Part shown: positions 1 to 14,214 of the stretch, one piece after another
Layout: each line of letters starts with the position of its first letter
Position numbering within the stretch: position 1 is the stretch's first letter
From: the human T2T-CHM13v2.0 reference genome, Homo sapiens
Reading direction: 5' to 3' (one strand)
Assembly (NCBI RefSeq): GCF_009914755.1
Contig: NC_060930.1
Length of the DNA: 64,000 nt
The notes under the pieces: generated by a model
Seen by the model: the letters and a program-made list of their open reading frames with translations, nothing else
Database searches by the model: none
What the model was told of the DNA's origin: nothing
Position numbers and translations under genes: made by a program

Positions 1-240
1 AAAACTTATATAGTATAATGTCTATCTCTATCAGTCTTGGTAATAACAATTACATGATAATGATTAAATGATAGGAATGATAATGAATGCTTAAAGTATT
101 AACGTTATAGATTATTTTAAATGCCTTTTTTATAACTCTAATTCCCGAATTGCTCATATAGCTGCTTTCCAAACAGGGCAAACGTTCGACTTCCACACTG
201 AGACACGAATTAGAAACAAAAAGTGGCATACTGAAGTGAA

Positions 241-295
241 TAGGAGCAGAGACTTTGGGGCCCAAATGTCAAGAGTCTGAATCCTGGCTTCAGAA
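241..295 (+). mobile_element. MIR fragment (5' part)
   Basis: agagactttgggg...gagtctgaatcctggcttc resembles the MIR tRNA-derived head (GGTTCGAATCCTGGCTC); short and diverged. Confidence 0.45.
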
Positions 296-1299
296 CACGG
301 ACTGTGGCTTTCTGTCTCAATAGGGTCAATAGGGTCATTTGTCCCACCTTGCTCTATCTTTCTTAATCAACTATATTTCCATTGAATTTTTGCTGTTATA
401 CAAAACCAAACATGTTTCTCTGTCACTGGAGAAGCTATTTTTATAAACCTGCAGAGTTTTGGACAACAAACTAATATATCCTGGTCTTGGTATTTCCTAG
501 AATGATGTCCAAATTTCATCTCCGATTAAATAATTTTTAACTTTTGAAACAATTACTTCTATCTTTAGTATTGCAGTCCAATTGTGAAAAATCCAATTAA
601 CTCATTTTCCCCATATCACTCCTCTAGCATGTATTTTTGTGGATTTCCGATGAAATACACTTTCAATTCATTTAATGTATTGGATATATACCTTTGAAAG
701 GATCAGAACAAAAACCATTATGGGATGCCTATAAAAGAAATCATTTTAAACTAGCCCCATATCCGTTTTGCAAGGAGTCTATATAAAGTAACAACTATAG
801 AAACAATATCTAAGATGTAATTTCTCCATCATGGCTTTTTCAAAATTTTTCATAGTATCTTTGTGTAAAATCTCAAGAAATGTGCTCTGAGTTCAGTGAA
901 AGGTTTTTAGTTTGTTAAGTAAGCACGCTAAAGGAGTGCCAATTAAGTAATTTAGTGGAATAGTTTTTTGTATAATGAAAGGTTGTACTTTAAAGACTCT
1001 TTCCCAAACTGCATTATACAACACATAAATGGATATGAAATCAGGAAGTTGAGAGTTACCCTCTGATACCTAACATCATAGGGCTTTCACCTTCATTTAG
1101 TTTTTTTTTTTTTTTTTGGTGGGGGGTGAACTTAGATAGTTTTCTTATTAAATCTACAAATACAAACATTACTGGATTGGAAGAGTTAATGAATGATAGA
1201 ATTGAGGTTTAAAAAGTATCAAAATCTAAGAAGTGCAATCTACAGAAATAAAAGTTAAGACATGCATTCATGTTCATAAAATTCACTACAAAAGAATAG

Positions 1300-1555
1300 T
1301 TAAGAAACATAAAGTCAAATACTGCATTTTCTCACTTATAACTGAAAGCAAAATAATGTACATACTTGGAATTGAGTGTGGAATAACAGATATTGGAGAC
1401 TTGGAAAAGGGGAGAGTGGAAGAGGGATGAAGGCTGAGAAATTACTTAATGAGTACAATGTACATGATTCATGTGGTTGCACTGAAAGTCCAGACTTCAG
1501 CACTAAGCAATATATCCATGTAACAAAGCTGAATTTGTACTCTTTAAATTTATTT
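1300..1555 (+). mobile_element. L1 3' UTR fragment, L1PB3/4-L1MA-like
   Basis: ttctcacttataa...gagaaattacttaatgagtacaatgtaca...cagacttcagcactaagcaatatatccatgtaacaaa matches the recalled L1PB-type 3' end. Confidence 0.85.
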
Positions 1556-1699
1556 ATTTATTTATTCACTTTTTAAAAGTAAGAGGGGGCTCTTTTTCTA
1601 CAGCTATTTGTGTAAAGTTATACCTCAGGAAATTTGATAACTATGAAAACATTGTTTAAAATATTAAAGTAATTTATTAATCCGTTAATAGTAGTACAC

Positions 1700-1920
1700 T
1701 AGAAACATGATATTGTAGTCTGCATTGATGAGATGCATTGAGCTCAGTTTTTGAGTTCTTATTTTGGGAAAGCATTGAAAATATATAAGATTACTCTAAA
1801 GAGTTTGGTAGGAGCAGAGTAATATAAAAAGAAAAGTTGATAAAATTATGAAGTTTAGTGCTGAGAAGAGAAGCCCTGCCATGGCCATAGACCTGTCTGT
1901 ACACACTTGAAAGACTGCCT
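1700..1920 (+). mobile_element. L3/CR1 LINE fragment
   Basis: tttagtgctgagaagagaag...ctgtctgtacacacttgaaagactgcc resembles the CR1/L3 motif TTTAGCCTGGAGAAGAGAAG...GCTGTCTTCAAATATCTGAAGGGCTG; highly diverged. Confidence 0.45.
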
Positions 1921-2799
1921 TGGTTGTTTTCATTTGTTTATCTACCACCCATTAGCCAAATTTAGACCAAACGTGAGAGACTTATATGGAAATGCATATG
2001 CCTGAGTATAAGAGTTATCTTTCCTACACTCAGGATTGGCTAAAAATATAAATAACATCTCAATTCCCCATTCATGAAGATGTCCAAGGTAATTAAGGAT
2101 GTTGAAGGAGATAATCTTTATCAGATGAAATGCATCACTAAATGCTAAATTAGTGTACAGAACGACCCAGAAAAAAACCTGTACACTGTAACACCTCAAG
2201 ACCACATGAATCATGTCTGTATTTGGCAGCTGAATTAAAACTTTAAGCCATAATTAAATTACTGTTGTAAGATAATAAGGATGGCAATGCTACAGACTGT
2301 CAGAAAGTGTAAAATATAGTAGGGCAAGATAAGGGTGCTAACTCTTGCTGAATGTTAGTCTGAAGTACTGGTGCTAGGCATCTGATACATTGGATCTCAT
2401 GTGACCAGTGTAAATCGTCAAAAGCAAAACCAAAAACCTCTCAAATCAACTATGCTGTTTACATGAAGATATACTAGATAAATCATCAGGAAGAGTAATA
2501 ATTAAAATGGCCTCTAAAAACTTGTATAAAATATATAGCAGATAAAAGAAAGGTAAATTATAAAATCCAAAGTGAGTCCCCTCCCTGATGTTTCAAGTAT
2601 ACGATGATTTTAACATAACCTCTCTTGATGCCTACCACATTGCATTCTTATTCAGCTTTTCTGTTAGGAGTCATAAGTTTCTAACGTTGTGTGTTCTCTC
2701 TAATAGGATCAAATGGTCTATGAAAAGATTATTGACTTGTATTTGTATTATAGTTACTAATTCTGTTTCTACTATCTTACTAGTAATCAGAAAGTACTC

Positions 2800-2930
2800 A
2801 TAACTTGTGCTTCTTTGGCATATAACGTTCTCTCTCCTGTCTTTAGCTCCCTACCTGTAAACTTATAGGGCTAGGCTGGCTGGCTTTTAAGTACAGCATA
2901 TTTACCTTCTGAAATTATTTGATTCTTTAC
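2800..2930 (+). mobile_element. MIR/MIR3 fragment
   Basis: ctctctcctgtctttagctccctacctgtaaa core-like segment followed by an ...attttgattct-type tail. Confidence 0.45.
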
Positions 2931-3793
2931 CACCAAAGTCCAAACAGAACCTACTTTCTCAGGGGAGTTTTGATGACAGATGGCCTCTACTTTTTATCTA
3001 CTATTTGCAACATCAGAGAGGCGTATGCTAGTCTCTCTTCATCCTGCTATGCATAGGAATCATAGCTTTTCATAGGTACTTACCAGAAAGCCTTTAGTCA
3101 GGAATTCTTCAGTTTTGCTTTCCAAGAATTCAATAAATCTGAAATCCACAGGAAAAAAAATGGCCCTTTTCAACTCAGCTTTTGCTTTTTAGCTTTTGCT
3201 GGAGCTAAATAAATAAAACTCAAAGGTTAACACAGTAGCCTGGGTACTACCCTGGCTTGATGGCAGTTTTGCCTTATCAGAAAGTACTCAGAATGAGTTT
3301 CCCACATGATTGCATTACGTTTTCAATTTCCCACCTGTTTCGTAGGACATGTGTAAAATACATTTTGCTTCTGCTATCTCCAGTTTTAACATTTTCCCAT
3401 TTCCTATGTTTAAGCTCATAGAATTTTAAAGTAGCCAATCCTTTTTCTTAATGAATATTTTAAAATAATTTGAATATTCAAAATATAGCAAAATAGTTGA
3501 AAGAAAAGTTTTTTTTAACATAAAAACAAGAACATGTCTCACAGACTTCACACTTGTTCCTTTTTTTACTTGCTGTAGTCTAAAATGACTTTTGGGCACA
3601 GACATAAACCTAGCTACCAGCTGTCCAAATTTCCTCTCCTAAATTGCCTAAATTGAGCCGTTGTTTGGTGTCATGAGGCTAACTTCTGATAATATTTAGT
3701 ATTCTGCAGCAGTAATTTTCTAAGTATTTTCTGAAGAGACTAGAAGTTAGTGTAACATTGAAAAAATCTAATATGCCCCAAGAAGTAATTGTA

Positions 3794-5177
3794 TGCATAT
3801 TGGTCTAAGTTCAATTAAGAGATAGAAACCTCACCACAATTTCAACAGAAGAAGCTTAATATAAAGAATTATTAAACGATGCTAGGTGTGAAGAAAAATA
3901 GTTAACAGGCTTGAAATGACTATTCTTAGAAAGGATTGGTTCCAAGGTTGGACCTTGTCTGGTTTCTGGAAATTTGGATTCTAGAAGGGTTTCAACCATT
4001 CCCTGATAAAAAATGGCTCACAGTGCCTAACCTGTTTATGAAAATTATCTGTTTAATGTGGAACGCCTGTTTTCTTTCAGGAGTCTAGAATTTTGATATA
4101 TACTAGGTAAGAGGGTGCTTATGTGACCACCCTCCAATAAAAGCCCTGGCCGCTGCATCTCTAATGATCTCCATTAATAGATAATCCCTCACGTATAGTT
4201 GTCAGTATTTGATGCTGAAAAAATTGAGTTCTTTGGGACTTGACTTGGAGAAGACTCTTGTTACCTGGAACCTCGTTCAATACTACTTTTCCTTTGGCAG
4301 ATTTTTCTTTGTACCCTTTCCCTGTAATAAATTATAGCCATGATAAGAATACATGCTGAGACTTGTTAGTCTTAGCCAATTATGGAAAATGGGGATGGAA
4401 CTAAGGACCACTGACATACAAGGCTAGTATACAAATATAAAGAGAACTATGAAGGATGCTTTAAGGTAGAGAGAAAGTCACTCAGAAAGGACAAATTGAG
4501 AAGGGAGGTCCCATTCCAAGGCCTTGTTGAAGAAGATATAGTTGTAACCCAATGAGTGGCAAAAAATTTTACCTTGTTGCCCAGGCTAGATCTGGTCCAT
4601 AGTCACTGTGCAAGCAGGAAACAGCCTTCCACAGCAAAGGCAAGACACATTTGTGTGCAGGCAAACAGGGAAGTCAGTGAGCCACCACCTGTAGGCGGTT
4701 TGGAGCTCTTAGTCTGCATTGGGAAGGCCACATGAAGCAACTCTGTGAGTCATAGTCAAGCTGAAGCTGGTGTGTAGGCACACAGATGGGGTCCAGGCAC
4801 TGCAGGCACATGTCTTAGATCATGCAATGTCTGCATAAGGAGGGCCATGACAAGGTGTTGTCAGGGTCAGGGCCAAGGAAGCAAGGTCACTGAGGGATTT
4901 GCAGTTTGGGGGAATTCTCTTCCACCCTCCTCACTGACACACACATTGATGACATTCTATGTAGCAGGAGCAAGGCAGAGCAAAAGTAGCAGTTTGGATC
5001 CGGGAAGATAAGCTCCCTCTCCTTCTTGCAGTGCCCTTCCAGCACCTTCCAGTGACAAAATATATATCCATTGTAGAGGAGAAATGCTTAGAGAGTGCAG
5101 TTCATGATCTCAAATCAGATATTTAAGGGTACATTTGGATGTGAGAAAAAATGAATTGATGATAACTGGCTGGCACA
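3794..5177 (-). mobile_element. Ancient LTR, LTR78/LTR79-like, interrupted by a MER68-like LTR
   Basis: Ends ...gatgtgagaaaaaatgaattgatgataactggctggcaca (reverse complement of the TGTGCCAGTTATCAATTTATT start); left piece agatagaaacc...aagcttaatataaagaattattaa. Confidence 0.6.
3887..4418 (+). mobile_element. ERVL solo LTR, MER68-like (MER21/MER68/MER77 group)
   Basis: Starts tgtgaagaaaaatagttaaca, contains ccaataaaagccctgg and gtaataaattatagccatga, ends gacata; 5-bp TSD ctagg (3882-3886)/caagg (4419-4423). Confidence 0.75.
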
Positions 5178-8100
5178 TTTAAGGAAAGCATGTAAGAGAC
5201 TACCAAACAATCTCCTTCTCTTTTGAGTATTTTCAATTGCCAGACTATAAATCAAACCAAATTTAACTATAGTTATTCCATTCCTTTCAAATAAGTAAAA
5301 ATAAAGTATATTTATATTTTTTCTTAGCTCCAGGTATAAGAAAGACCTTAGTATATAACTTTCTGAAAGTTCTCACCATTTTCCCAACCATAATAGGTCT
5401 TTGACTTGTTCTTGTATTTTTTAATGGTAAATAAAACTGCAGAGTAATGAATATACAGGTAATTTAAATTCTAGGATTGTCAGAATGCTAGTCTTTCCTT
5501 GATTTTCTGTCTATAGTAAACTAGCACTGAGTGAATATATAGTAACACAACTAATTTGGGATAAATTGAAAAAAGTGCCACTTAATTTTTAATATGTATT
5601 TTGCTTGTTTACTATTCACATTTTACTCAATCTGAGCAATACAATTAGATTTCAGTATTCTTTTCCTTCATTTTGTTCTCCCAGGCTACACTAAATATTT
5701 AAATTAGTAAAGTGTTATTGATTTTCTGTTATTTTATCATGAATATGTTCCTGGTCTTATTAGGTCGGTGAATTTATTTCTTAATGGAACTTACATTTTC
5801 AACTTAAATTACTTTGTAGTACAACCTAATGTCCCATGCAATGAGGTTATACCTGTATTTGTGTCAAATCTAATTATGAAGCCTTGATTTGTGTAATGTG
5901 AAAGAAATTATTTCCACTTTCTCTACCATGCAAATAGATTAATTTTCTCATTAGCCATTTCCATCAGTTCTGATTGCTTTAAGCTTATGGTTTTCATATT
6001 ACTTTGTTTCCTAGACAGATTTGGTCCTTACTTCATGTGTGAATAGGTTGACTACACTTTAGGATATTTTATTTATGTTGAGAAATGAGCTAATGAGCTA
6101 TGTAAGTCAGTAATCGTTATTTTTTCATTATTTTCTTTATCTTTTATATTGTGTCATGATAGCCTTTCTACAGTTTCTAATACATATGTGCTTATTTCTT
6201 TTTTCCTTTTTCTTTATATCATCAGAATTTAGAAAAGTACAAATAAGGAGATAAACTGCAAAGTAGGTGACAGTAGAAGATGAGGAAGTGGGAGGTATAA
6301 TTCATTTTTGGAGCAAAGCTTTGGATAAAAGACTCTAGGGATACTTATTTAGGCTCTATGCTCTGACAAAAGGAGTTATGTGGTGGTGCATAATTTTCCC
6401 ACAGATCTTTTGTTCTTTGATGTGTTTGATGCACAAATAAAAATGTGAGTTGAAAGTTTGCAGAGTGGAGTTTGAATGTTTACAAAGGGGGCTGTAAAAT
6501 GAATATGCTGATGTGTGTGAAGTCAAACACGCAGTAGATAATGGGAACTATTAGGAAGATAGGCTCAGAAAAGGAGTTTTTAGAATGCCTGATGCCTTTG
6601 TGAATGCCAGGTTTTGTTTATTGTCTGTATATAACAACCATTCACCAAGTGCATATTCAAAGCATTTTCTAATAAAATGTTCTCTAATAGGAAGGTTGAT
6701 TCTGTTTGATCAGTAAAAAACTTGAAGTAATATTTACATGATGATACAAAATAGAAGTGGAAGTCTGGTGGCCTCTTGCTTTATAGTTTGAATCTTCAAG
6801 ACAGTGGTACTCAAGATAGTACCAAAATACACCTTACCTTCTTTGTAGTTTCATGATAATGACGTGTAATTTTCTCTAACTTTTTTTTCTTAGTCTCTCT
6901 TTTTGTGTATATATAGAATTTGTATAACCCAGACTTCAAAAATTTGAAGGATAAGAACAAAATATTTCCTGTTTAAAGCTCCCCATGTAACTTTCAGAAT
7001 TGCAGTTCTCCACTCTCCTTCAAGAAAACACTTCAGGTTCCCAGTGAAGAGTCAGGATCATGGTAAGATCATAAATTATTTTTGCTGACACTGATATATA
7101 TCTGAGGACAGCATAGCATAGTATGCAGTAATGTTTCACAAATGTTTTTCCATGAAAAAGCAAATGAGTAAAAAAAAAGAATGAATGATTTTGCTATTTC
7201 CACCTAACTCAGGTGGTATGGTTGATAAATGACGATGTTCCACTTTTCCAGAGCCTGACTTTCAGAAACAAATCTAAATTTAAATAAAAACAAGTCTAAA
7301 TTTTTACTGTGACTTAGTTACTGCTGTCAGATAGCCTTCAGAACCTAGACTCATGCCTATTAAGGCCCAACTGTGACTTGGGCAAGACTTTTCTACTCCA
7401 CTGGGGGAAGTCAAAAACCTATCTTGGGCTTCAGGCAGTTGCAGGAGATGGAGAAACAGACTATTGACTTTATTGACACTGGATTGTCTTTTGGACCAAA
7501 GAAGGTCTCATCTTTATCTGGAGTAGATAACCAAGTATGGAGCCTTGGATCCCAAAGTTCGTCTAGGACACTGAGATATATTTTAGTCTCATCAGAGGTA
7601 TAGGGTTGTATTTAGAGTGATCATGTCATTTGTTATTCAAACCAAGACTACCGAGAATGGAAGTGGCACTGTTGATAGATATTGGAAAATAGGTGAAAAC
7701 CAGGACCCTTGCATAGGGATGCATAGCGATGGATCTCCTGAATAGGTACCATAAATAGGGATCTCTGGTAACACCATTCATGGTAAAACTTTTCCTCTGT
7801 TTCAAGTTTCTCACAGGCTCTATTGTGAAAGTAATAACAACTTCACTCTTTTTAAGATTATTTATTTCACTTCAACATGGCCAGGAAGTTATTGACTTCT
7901 GATAACATGGTTCTGTTTCTGTTTCAAACAAAGTTTGCATAACGATCAATAGATTCTTTTGTTTTATTCTCTTTGTACAGGCTTTAATAAGCTTTGTCTC
8001 TTTGGTTCACACAATTTTCCCAAATCTCTAGAGCTAAGCACTCTAAATAGTTATTTTTAGTGAAACACATTATGTATATTATACATTGGCATTGTAATTA

Positions 8101-8859
8101 TACTTTCCCTCCTATTCAAAGTACTATTTTCTTTCGTTTGTATGGGAGAGGGAGGTTGTCTTACAGTGTTTTTTGTATTTTTCACTGGAAGACCTCTCTT
8201 CCAAATATTATATTTCTCCCCCACCATGAAGGATGTTTCTCTTCATTCCACTCATGTATATGAAGGACAGATGCATGCCAATTCCACCTTGGTGAGACTG
8301 TGCCATACAAACAGGGCTTCAGGGAAAGATAGTAGTGTTATCAGAGTATGGCTCAGTCTCTTTCATGGGCTCATAAATTTCTTCCCATTACAATACAACA
8401 ACACAAAACTTCAGGGTGGTGTTAGCTTTTACTGAAAATTTAGAATAAACAAAAATGAATTAGAGTGTATTTTTAAGACATATATCTGATTTATTACCCC
8501 TTATCTACACTTGGAAAAAGTCAGTTGCCACCTACTGGAGCTCAGTCAAATTTAGATAGGAAACTTCCTTGTGTTCATTTTTAGTGAGGTATGTATGTGT
8601 TGGGACAATGCAAGGTGGAGAGAGGCAGGAGACACTGGACATAAAGCAAAGATGAAAGAAAGGTAGAAAAGATGTATCCTTTGGTTAAGAGTTAATGCAT
8701 AAACTATTAATGTTAAAGGGTGTAACCCTATGCTAAAACACCTATACATAACAAATTTGTGTGTTTCTCCTCCTCTTTGGAAGGCATATCAAATACCAGC
8801 AGATCAAAATGATAAAATAAACAGGGTGGTCTTTTTTGTACAAAATTGCCTTGGAGTTA

Positions 8860-9316
8860 TGTATTCATAAGGGTTGTCTTGAAAAACTGAACCAGTAGGG
8901 TCTATGTATATCTGTATATATCTATGTCTATCTATATCTATATCTTTACCTATATATCTATATCTATAATGAGTGTTAGTTCACACTCTCATGGACCCTG
9001 AGATGCCCCACAATATTCTTTCTGCAAGCCAGAGGCCTAGGAAGGTAGTTCTTGTTCATGTCCTTAGGCCCAAGAACCAGGAGTGCTAATGTTGAAGGAA
9101 AAAAGAAGAATGTTCACGCTCAAGAAGAGAGAACAAGTTCACCCTTCCTCTGCCTTTTGTTCAACTGGGACCCTCAACAGACTGGGTGATGCCCGTCCTC
9201 TCTGGTGAGAGCCATCTTTTTCACTCATTCTACTGATACACCCAGAAATAATAATTTTCTAGCTATCTGAGCCTCCCTTAGTTCAGTCAAATTGACACAT
9301 AAAATTAACCAGTATA
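8860..9316 (-). mobile_element. MLT2 (ERVL) solo LTR with internal (TA/TC)-rich tract
   Basis: Ends cagtcaaattgacacataaaattaacc (reverse complement of the MLT2 5' end); ttcacccttcctctgccttttgttc motif; tatatcta repeats at about 8905-8968. Confidence 0.85.
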
Positions 9317-11739
9317 GGTTACCACTGAGGTATATAATTGTTAGAACTCCAGAGAAATCACAAAATTAAACTGAATCCCTGTTGCCCATGGCATGTATAA
9401 AACATTTGCCACTTTACCTAATTTCGTTTTTCCACCAGGAAGTGAACACTGTGAGACTAGAAGGCACTTACATATTAGAAGATGTAAAGATTCCAGGTGA
9501 CCACAATGTGGATATTCTAAATGCAAGAAATATAATTGCTAATTTAATCATTTGAGTTTGAATATTTTTATTACAATGGTCAGCCTGGGTGGAATATATT
9601 TAGAAGGTGATCCATGTGGCCTTTGCTTTCTAGTCTATAGTTTCTGAAATTTGTGTAAAACATGTTATATTACCTCACTAGGAATGGTATATGTGGTTCT
9701 TACTTCATAGATCCCAGATAAGCAAACACCTGTGGCCAAATGAGTGTGGTGTAAGCAGCAAATTTGGGTGACAAGACTTCCCTGGTCTGGATGGAGGCAA
9801 CTATGGATACCTAATTCCATTGGTAATGACAGGATGGACACCTATTGACAAATAAGGAATGGCGTGTTGAGCATTAGGGAACTTGAAACTTGTAATCCTT
9901 ATTGGAGTGTAAAATTTAACAACTATTCTTCAGGGCTTCCTAGTAGTTGAGTCATTTTTTTTTTTTTAATCAAGACTCAAATGAGGTCTAGAGTTAAAAT
10001 ACCCTTCATTTTAACTGAGGGAAAATACCTATTTACTAACAGAAACAAAACACTATGACACTCTGTTTTGTAAATCCTTTTGTGACCTCCTACTTAAAGG
10101 GCACATTTATTTGCCCTTCCTCAAGTTTTCAGGTGAAGGACTCATCATTTCAGCAGTATTGCTGACCTCAGTTTGCTTTCTCTCTCCTTCCGTTTAAGGG
10201 AGGAAGATTGATTGGTTGGAATGGTCACTTTGAAAGAAGGAACTAAGCCTGCTTAATTCACACCCTTCTTTTTGTTTGTTTTTTCTCTTTGAAATATGCC
10301 TGTGTGTAAACACACATTTTCTGTGGTTTAGTGTGGTGAGTTTTATAGATGCAGTATTCTTACGAAAAGCCAGTGGATTTTGACCTGTGTTCATACCTGA
10401 ATGGGACTACTCCTTTAGCACTACAGTTTTGGCAAGTCCGCTTGCTTAACAGATCAAGTCACGACATATAATCTAGTTTTCATCAATGTAAAGGTGATGG
10501 GTTGAACTCCACTGGGGTTACTACTGTGTCAATTTTAAAAGTTTCAAATAGGTGAGGAATTAAGGGTGACGGTGACATATATTTGATCCTATAAAATGCT
10601 AACACTCCTCCTGTTTGTCCTTTCATAGTCCTTAAAGCTCTTTAATAGTGTAATATTGTTTCTATGCTCTAATATCTTAACAAAATTTCATGTGAGCTAA
10701 TGTGATATTTCTTACCATAGAAGAGTAAATTGAAACCTCATGCATTTCTTTTTACTATGCATATTGGTCAGAGTCTAATAATTTGTCACAGAAAACATAC
10801 TGTGTATATTTTGTGTGTCTATATATAACAGGAAAATGTTAAGGCTAGTCTGATCGGTCTTGTTCTATTTTCTATAAGTTTAAAATCATCAACTAAATAC
10901 ATATACAAAAGGAAATTTTGTGACAACTTTACTAAAACATTCAGGTCGACATTTTGAAACGTCCTTTAGCTAAACCAAGACACACGAAGAGAAAAAAAAT
11001 CAAAGCCAAGGAAGAGCTTATGAAAGGCAGAGTAAATCCTTTAGGATGATTAGTTCAGTGAAATATTAAAAGAATATTTTGTCTGCAAGTCAGGTCTCTT
11101 GCTGGTCTCAAACTAGTAATTTGGATTCACTTCATTATAGCCACTGAAGTACCTTAGCAAAGTCTGGGAAGAGGAGCAAAGAGCCAGAAAGAAAAAGAGC
11201 AATAACACTTATATGATGGAGTTACTCTCATAATTCAGCACCAGATAACTCAAACAAGCACCTTGCAAACGACAATGCAGGGCTTAGCTTCACTCTTTGC
11301 GAATAAAAATGCATCACACACAGAAGCCCTCCAGGAGCTCCCTTGATGAGCCTCAAAATGAGTATTCTAAAGATGTAACAAATTTCTCTCTTTGTTTCAA
11401 GAGCTGATTCTTCCATTTTAAATCAAGGATACCTTACAAACCAATGATATCTGACTGAACAACTACTTTCAGGGTAATAAAAGTTGTAATATTTTGCTAA
11501 AAACACATGGATTTTGCATACTGGCAATTTTGTTAATGTGAATTCATATATATTTTTTAAAACAACTCTTTAACTATTTTATACAGTTTTTCATGGGCAA
11601 TATCAGGAGTGGAATTTTTGAATGACCTGATTATTTACTAGCCTGGCTCTTTTCAGAAAACCTGATACTCAAAGGAATACTACACTGATAATAAATAGAT
11701 TTGAATTCATTGTAAGAAGAAAGAAAGGTTTGTACATGG

Positions 11740-11905
11740 GCTCTGGATTTAAACGAACATGAATATAGGACTAAAATCTGGCTCCAAGTCTCACTAATTG
11801 CGTGACGGTGGCAAATATGTTAACCTCTCTGTTTTCTAATCTGTAAAATGGGATTAATATCAGTACTAACCTCATATATTAGTGTGAAAATAAATAAAAA
11901 TAAAG
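11740..11905 (+). mobile_element. MIR
   Basis: ttaacctctctgttttctaatctgtaaaatgggattaatatcagtactaacctcat core. Confidence 0.8.
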
Positions 11906-12069
11906 ATAATAACCACCAATTATTGCAAGACATCTAATTGTCCATCAAACACTAAGCCAAGTGCATCTTGTGATTAAATTCTGTCTTCACAGCAACTATT
12001 TGAGATTGTACTTAAATTCTCTACCTTGACTACATTTTCATAAGTGATAGCTGTCTCTCCTGTAAAAAA

Positions 12070-12932
12070 TATTTTCAAATTTTGTCTTCTAGCTTAAAAT
12101 GCTCCTCTGAGCTCCAGAATTATATATCTATTATTAATAGACACATAAGTAAGTACATAAGCTCAACCGAGGTCATCATCTTTAATCCTGCTCCATTCTT
12201 GTCTTTATCCTGTTTACTTTGGTAAATGGCACAACCATCCAAACAGCACTTGAGCTCTAAGTCTAGAATTTATTCAGTCACAGAAACTTGCTGACTTATC
12301 TCAAATCCATCCATCTGCCACCTGCAAATGACCTAATCATCTGACACCTCAAATATTATTATAGTTTCATAATTGGACTTTCTGTGAACATTTTTCATTC
12401 CCTCTCTGCGGTTACCCAATCCAGCATCTACCTGTATTGCGGCCGAAATATCTCTTAGAAACTCATGTATAATTATGTTGTCCTATTGCACAATGCCTTA
12501 AATTTTTCTTTAGATAAAGATTAAAGTACTTAACTTGACCTACAGGGTCTTGTTGAATCAGGACCTTGTTGACTTTTGGAACCCTTTTGTGCTTTGACAC
12601 TAGCTCTCCCTGCTTCAGACATACTAGTCGGCATTCATTTTCTCAAATTGTCTTCCCCTACGTTGTTTCAGGACCTTCACTCATACTTTGTTTCTGCCTG
12701 GATCCTCTCCCCTCCCTGTCCTAGCTTGGCTTATTGACAGCCAACTCTCCACACAGGAAGTAGTTCATTCCATACCTTATGCATCCATAGGACTTGTACT
12801 TCTTGGCGGCTAATTGCTTACAGCATCTGCTGGAGAGTTATCTCCATGACGGCGGGGAATGTGTCTTTTCTCACTGCAAGTCAAGCACAATGCATTGCTC
12901 AATGCTTATGTGTATCAGTAACTCTTTGTTGA
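12070..12932 (+). mobile_element. L2 3' region
   Basis: ctcctctgagctccag, gtaaatggcacaaccatcc and tcaggaccttcactcatact...tctgcctgga motifs typical of the L2 3' end. Confidence 0.75.
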
Positions 12933-13279
12933 AGCAACTGCAACTTTAAATAAACAAGCAGCTGTAATCTATTCCTTTCATTCCTCGGTGCTAAGAATTG
13001 GTTTGAGCTAAGAGACAGCAATGGGGATAGAGGAGTAGAAGAAGAGACAAGGTGAGAGACAGAGGCACAGAAAATTTGTATAGAAAACAAATAATGAGAG
13101 ATGTAATCATGAAAGCTCAAGCATGGACTGTGCTGCTTTGACATCAAGGTGAGGAAGGTTCAGGGAGAAGCTCATCCATTCCTTCCAACTTATCGCGACC
13201 ACTCCACAGTGCAGTGCTGCTTCAACAGAGGGAGGGAGTTGCTGCTATTATTTCTAGCTTCCATTCATTTGAAGCTTCA

Positions 13280-13465
13280 AATGTTTATACATATTACGTC
13301 ATTTAAACTTAACAAGCCTGTAAGGTAAGCTGCTATGTTATCCCCATTATTTAGATGATGTGGTAAAGACAAAGAAGTCTTAAGTAACCTGCCCAAAGCG
13401 ATGCCTAGAAAAATAGATTCAAATACAGAAAATGTGACTCTAGTGTTTGCTTACTTAACAACGAC
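13280..13465 (-). mobile_element. MIR
   Basis: ttatccccattatttagatgatg...taagtaacctgcccaa is the reverse-strand MIR core. Confidence 0.8.
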
Positions 13466-13832
13466 ATATCCTGCCATCAGGAAGCTTGTCACTAGCGCAT
13501 CTGCCAGTGAGCACTGGCCAAGCGGTCTACTGATGAGGGAAAAAGTTACAGATAATCCAGGCAATGAGGATTCATTAAACTAACAGAGAGGATTCTTAAG
13601 GGGACTGCCACTTAGCTGAGTAGCAGACGACAGATATTAAAAGTGTGTTCTGAATCAGCCTTTCTGGTACCAGCGCACATCTTGACAAGTATGATTATGT
13701 GTGTGCATGCATGTGTGGTAAAAGATTAGATTCACGAGAAATCTGAAAACTCTAGGACTTTCTTTCTTTGAGTTATTCATTAACCTCATATGGCTGATAT
13801 GAGTCCTCAGCCCCTCTGACACTGAAACTGTC

Positions 13833-14214
13833 TGTATTAGTTTGCTAGGGCTGCCATAACAAAATACCACAGACTGGGTAGCATAAACAACAGAAATTCA
13901 TTTTCTCATGGTTCTGGAAGATGAAAGTCCAAGACCAATGCGCCAGCATCTATGGTTTCTTCTGCGGCCTCTCCTTGAATTGTAGATGACTGCCTTCTTG
14001 TGTTCTCACACGTTCCTTCCTCTGCACATGTGCATGTGTGCGTATGCATCTCTTCTTATAAAGCCACCAGTCATATCGGATTAGGGCCCACCAGTATGAA
14101 CTCATTTTACCTTAAATACCTGTTTAAAGATCTTGTTTCCAGTCACATTCTGAGGTACTGGGGATTAGGACTTCAACATATGAATCTAAGGGGGACACAA
14201 TTTATTCCTTAATA
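13833..14214 (-). mobile_element. MaLR solo LTR, MLT1B/MLT1A0-like
   Basis: tgtattagtttgctagggctgccataacaaaataccacagactggg...cacattctgaggtactggggattaggacttcaacatatgaa. Confidence 0.9.

Noticed and set aside
317-338. tcaataggg tandem duplication
   Set aside because: Trivial 9-bp slippage event.
2786-3290. 15-bp direct match atcagaaagtactca (2786-2800, 3276-3290)
   Set aside because: Too short and AT-rich with no flanking similarity; cannot be separated from chance.
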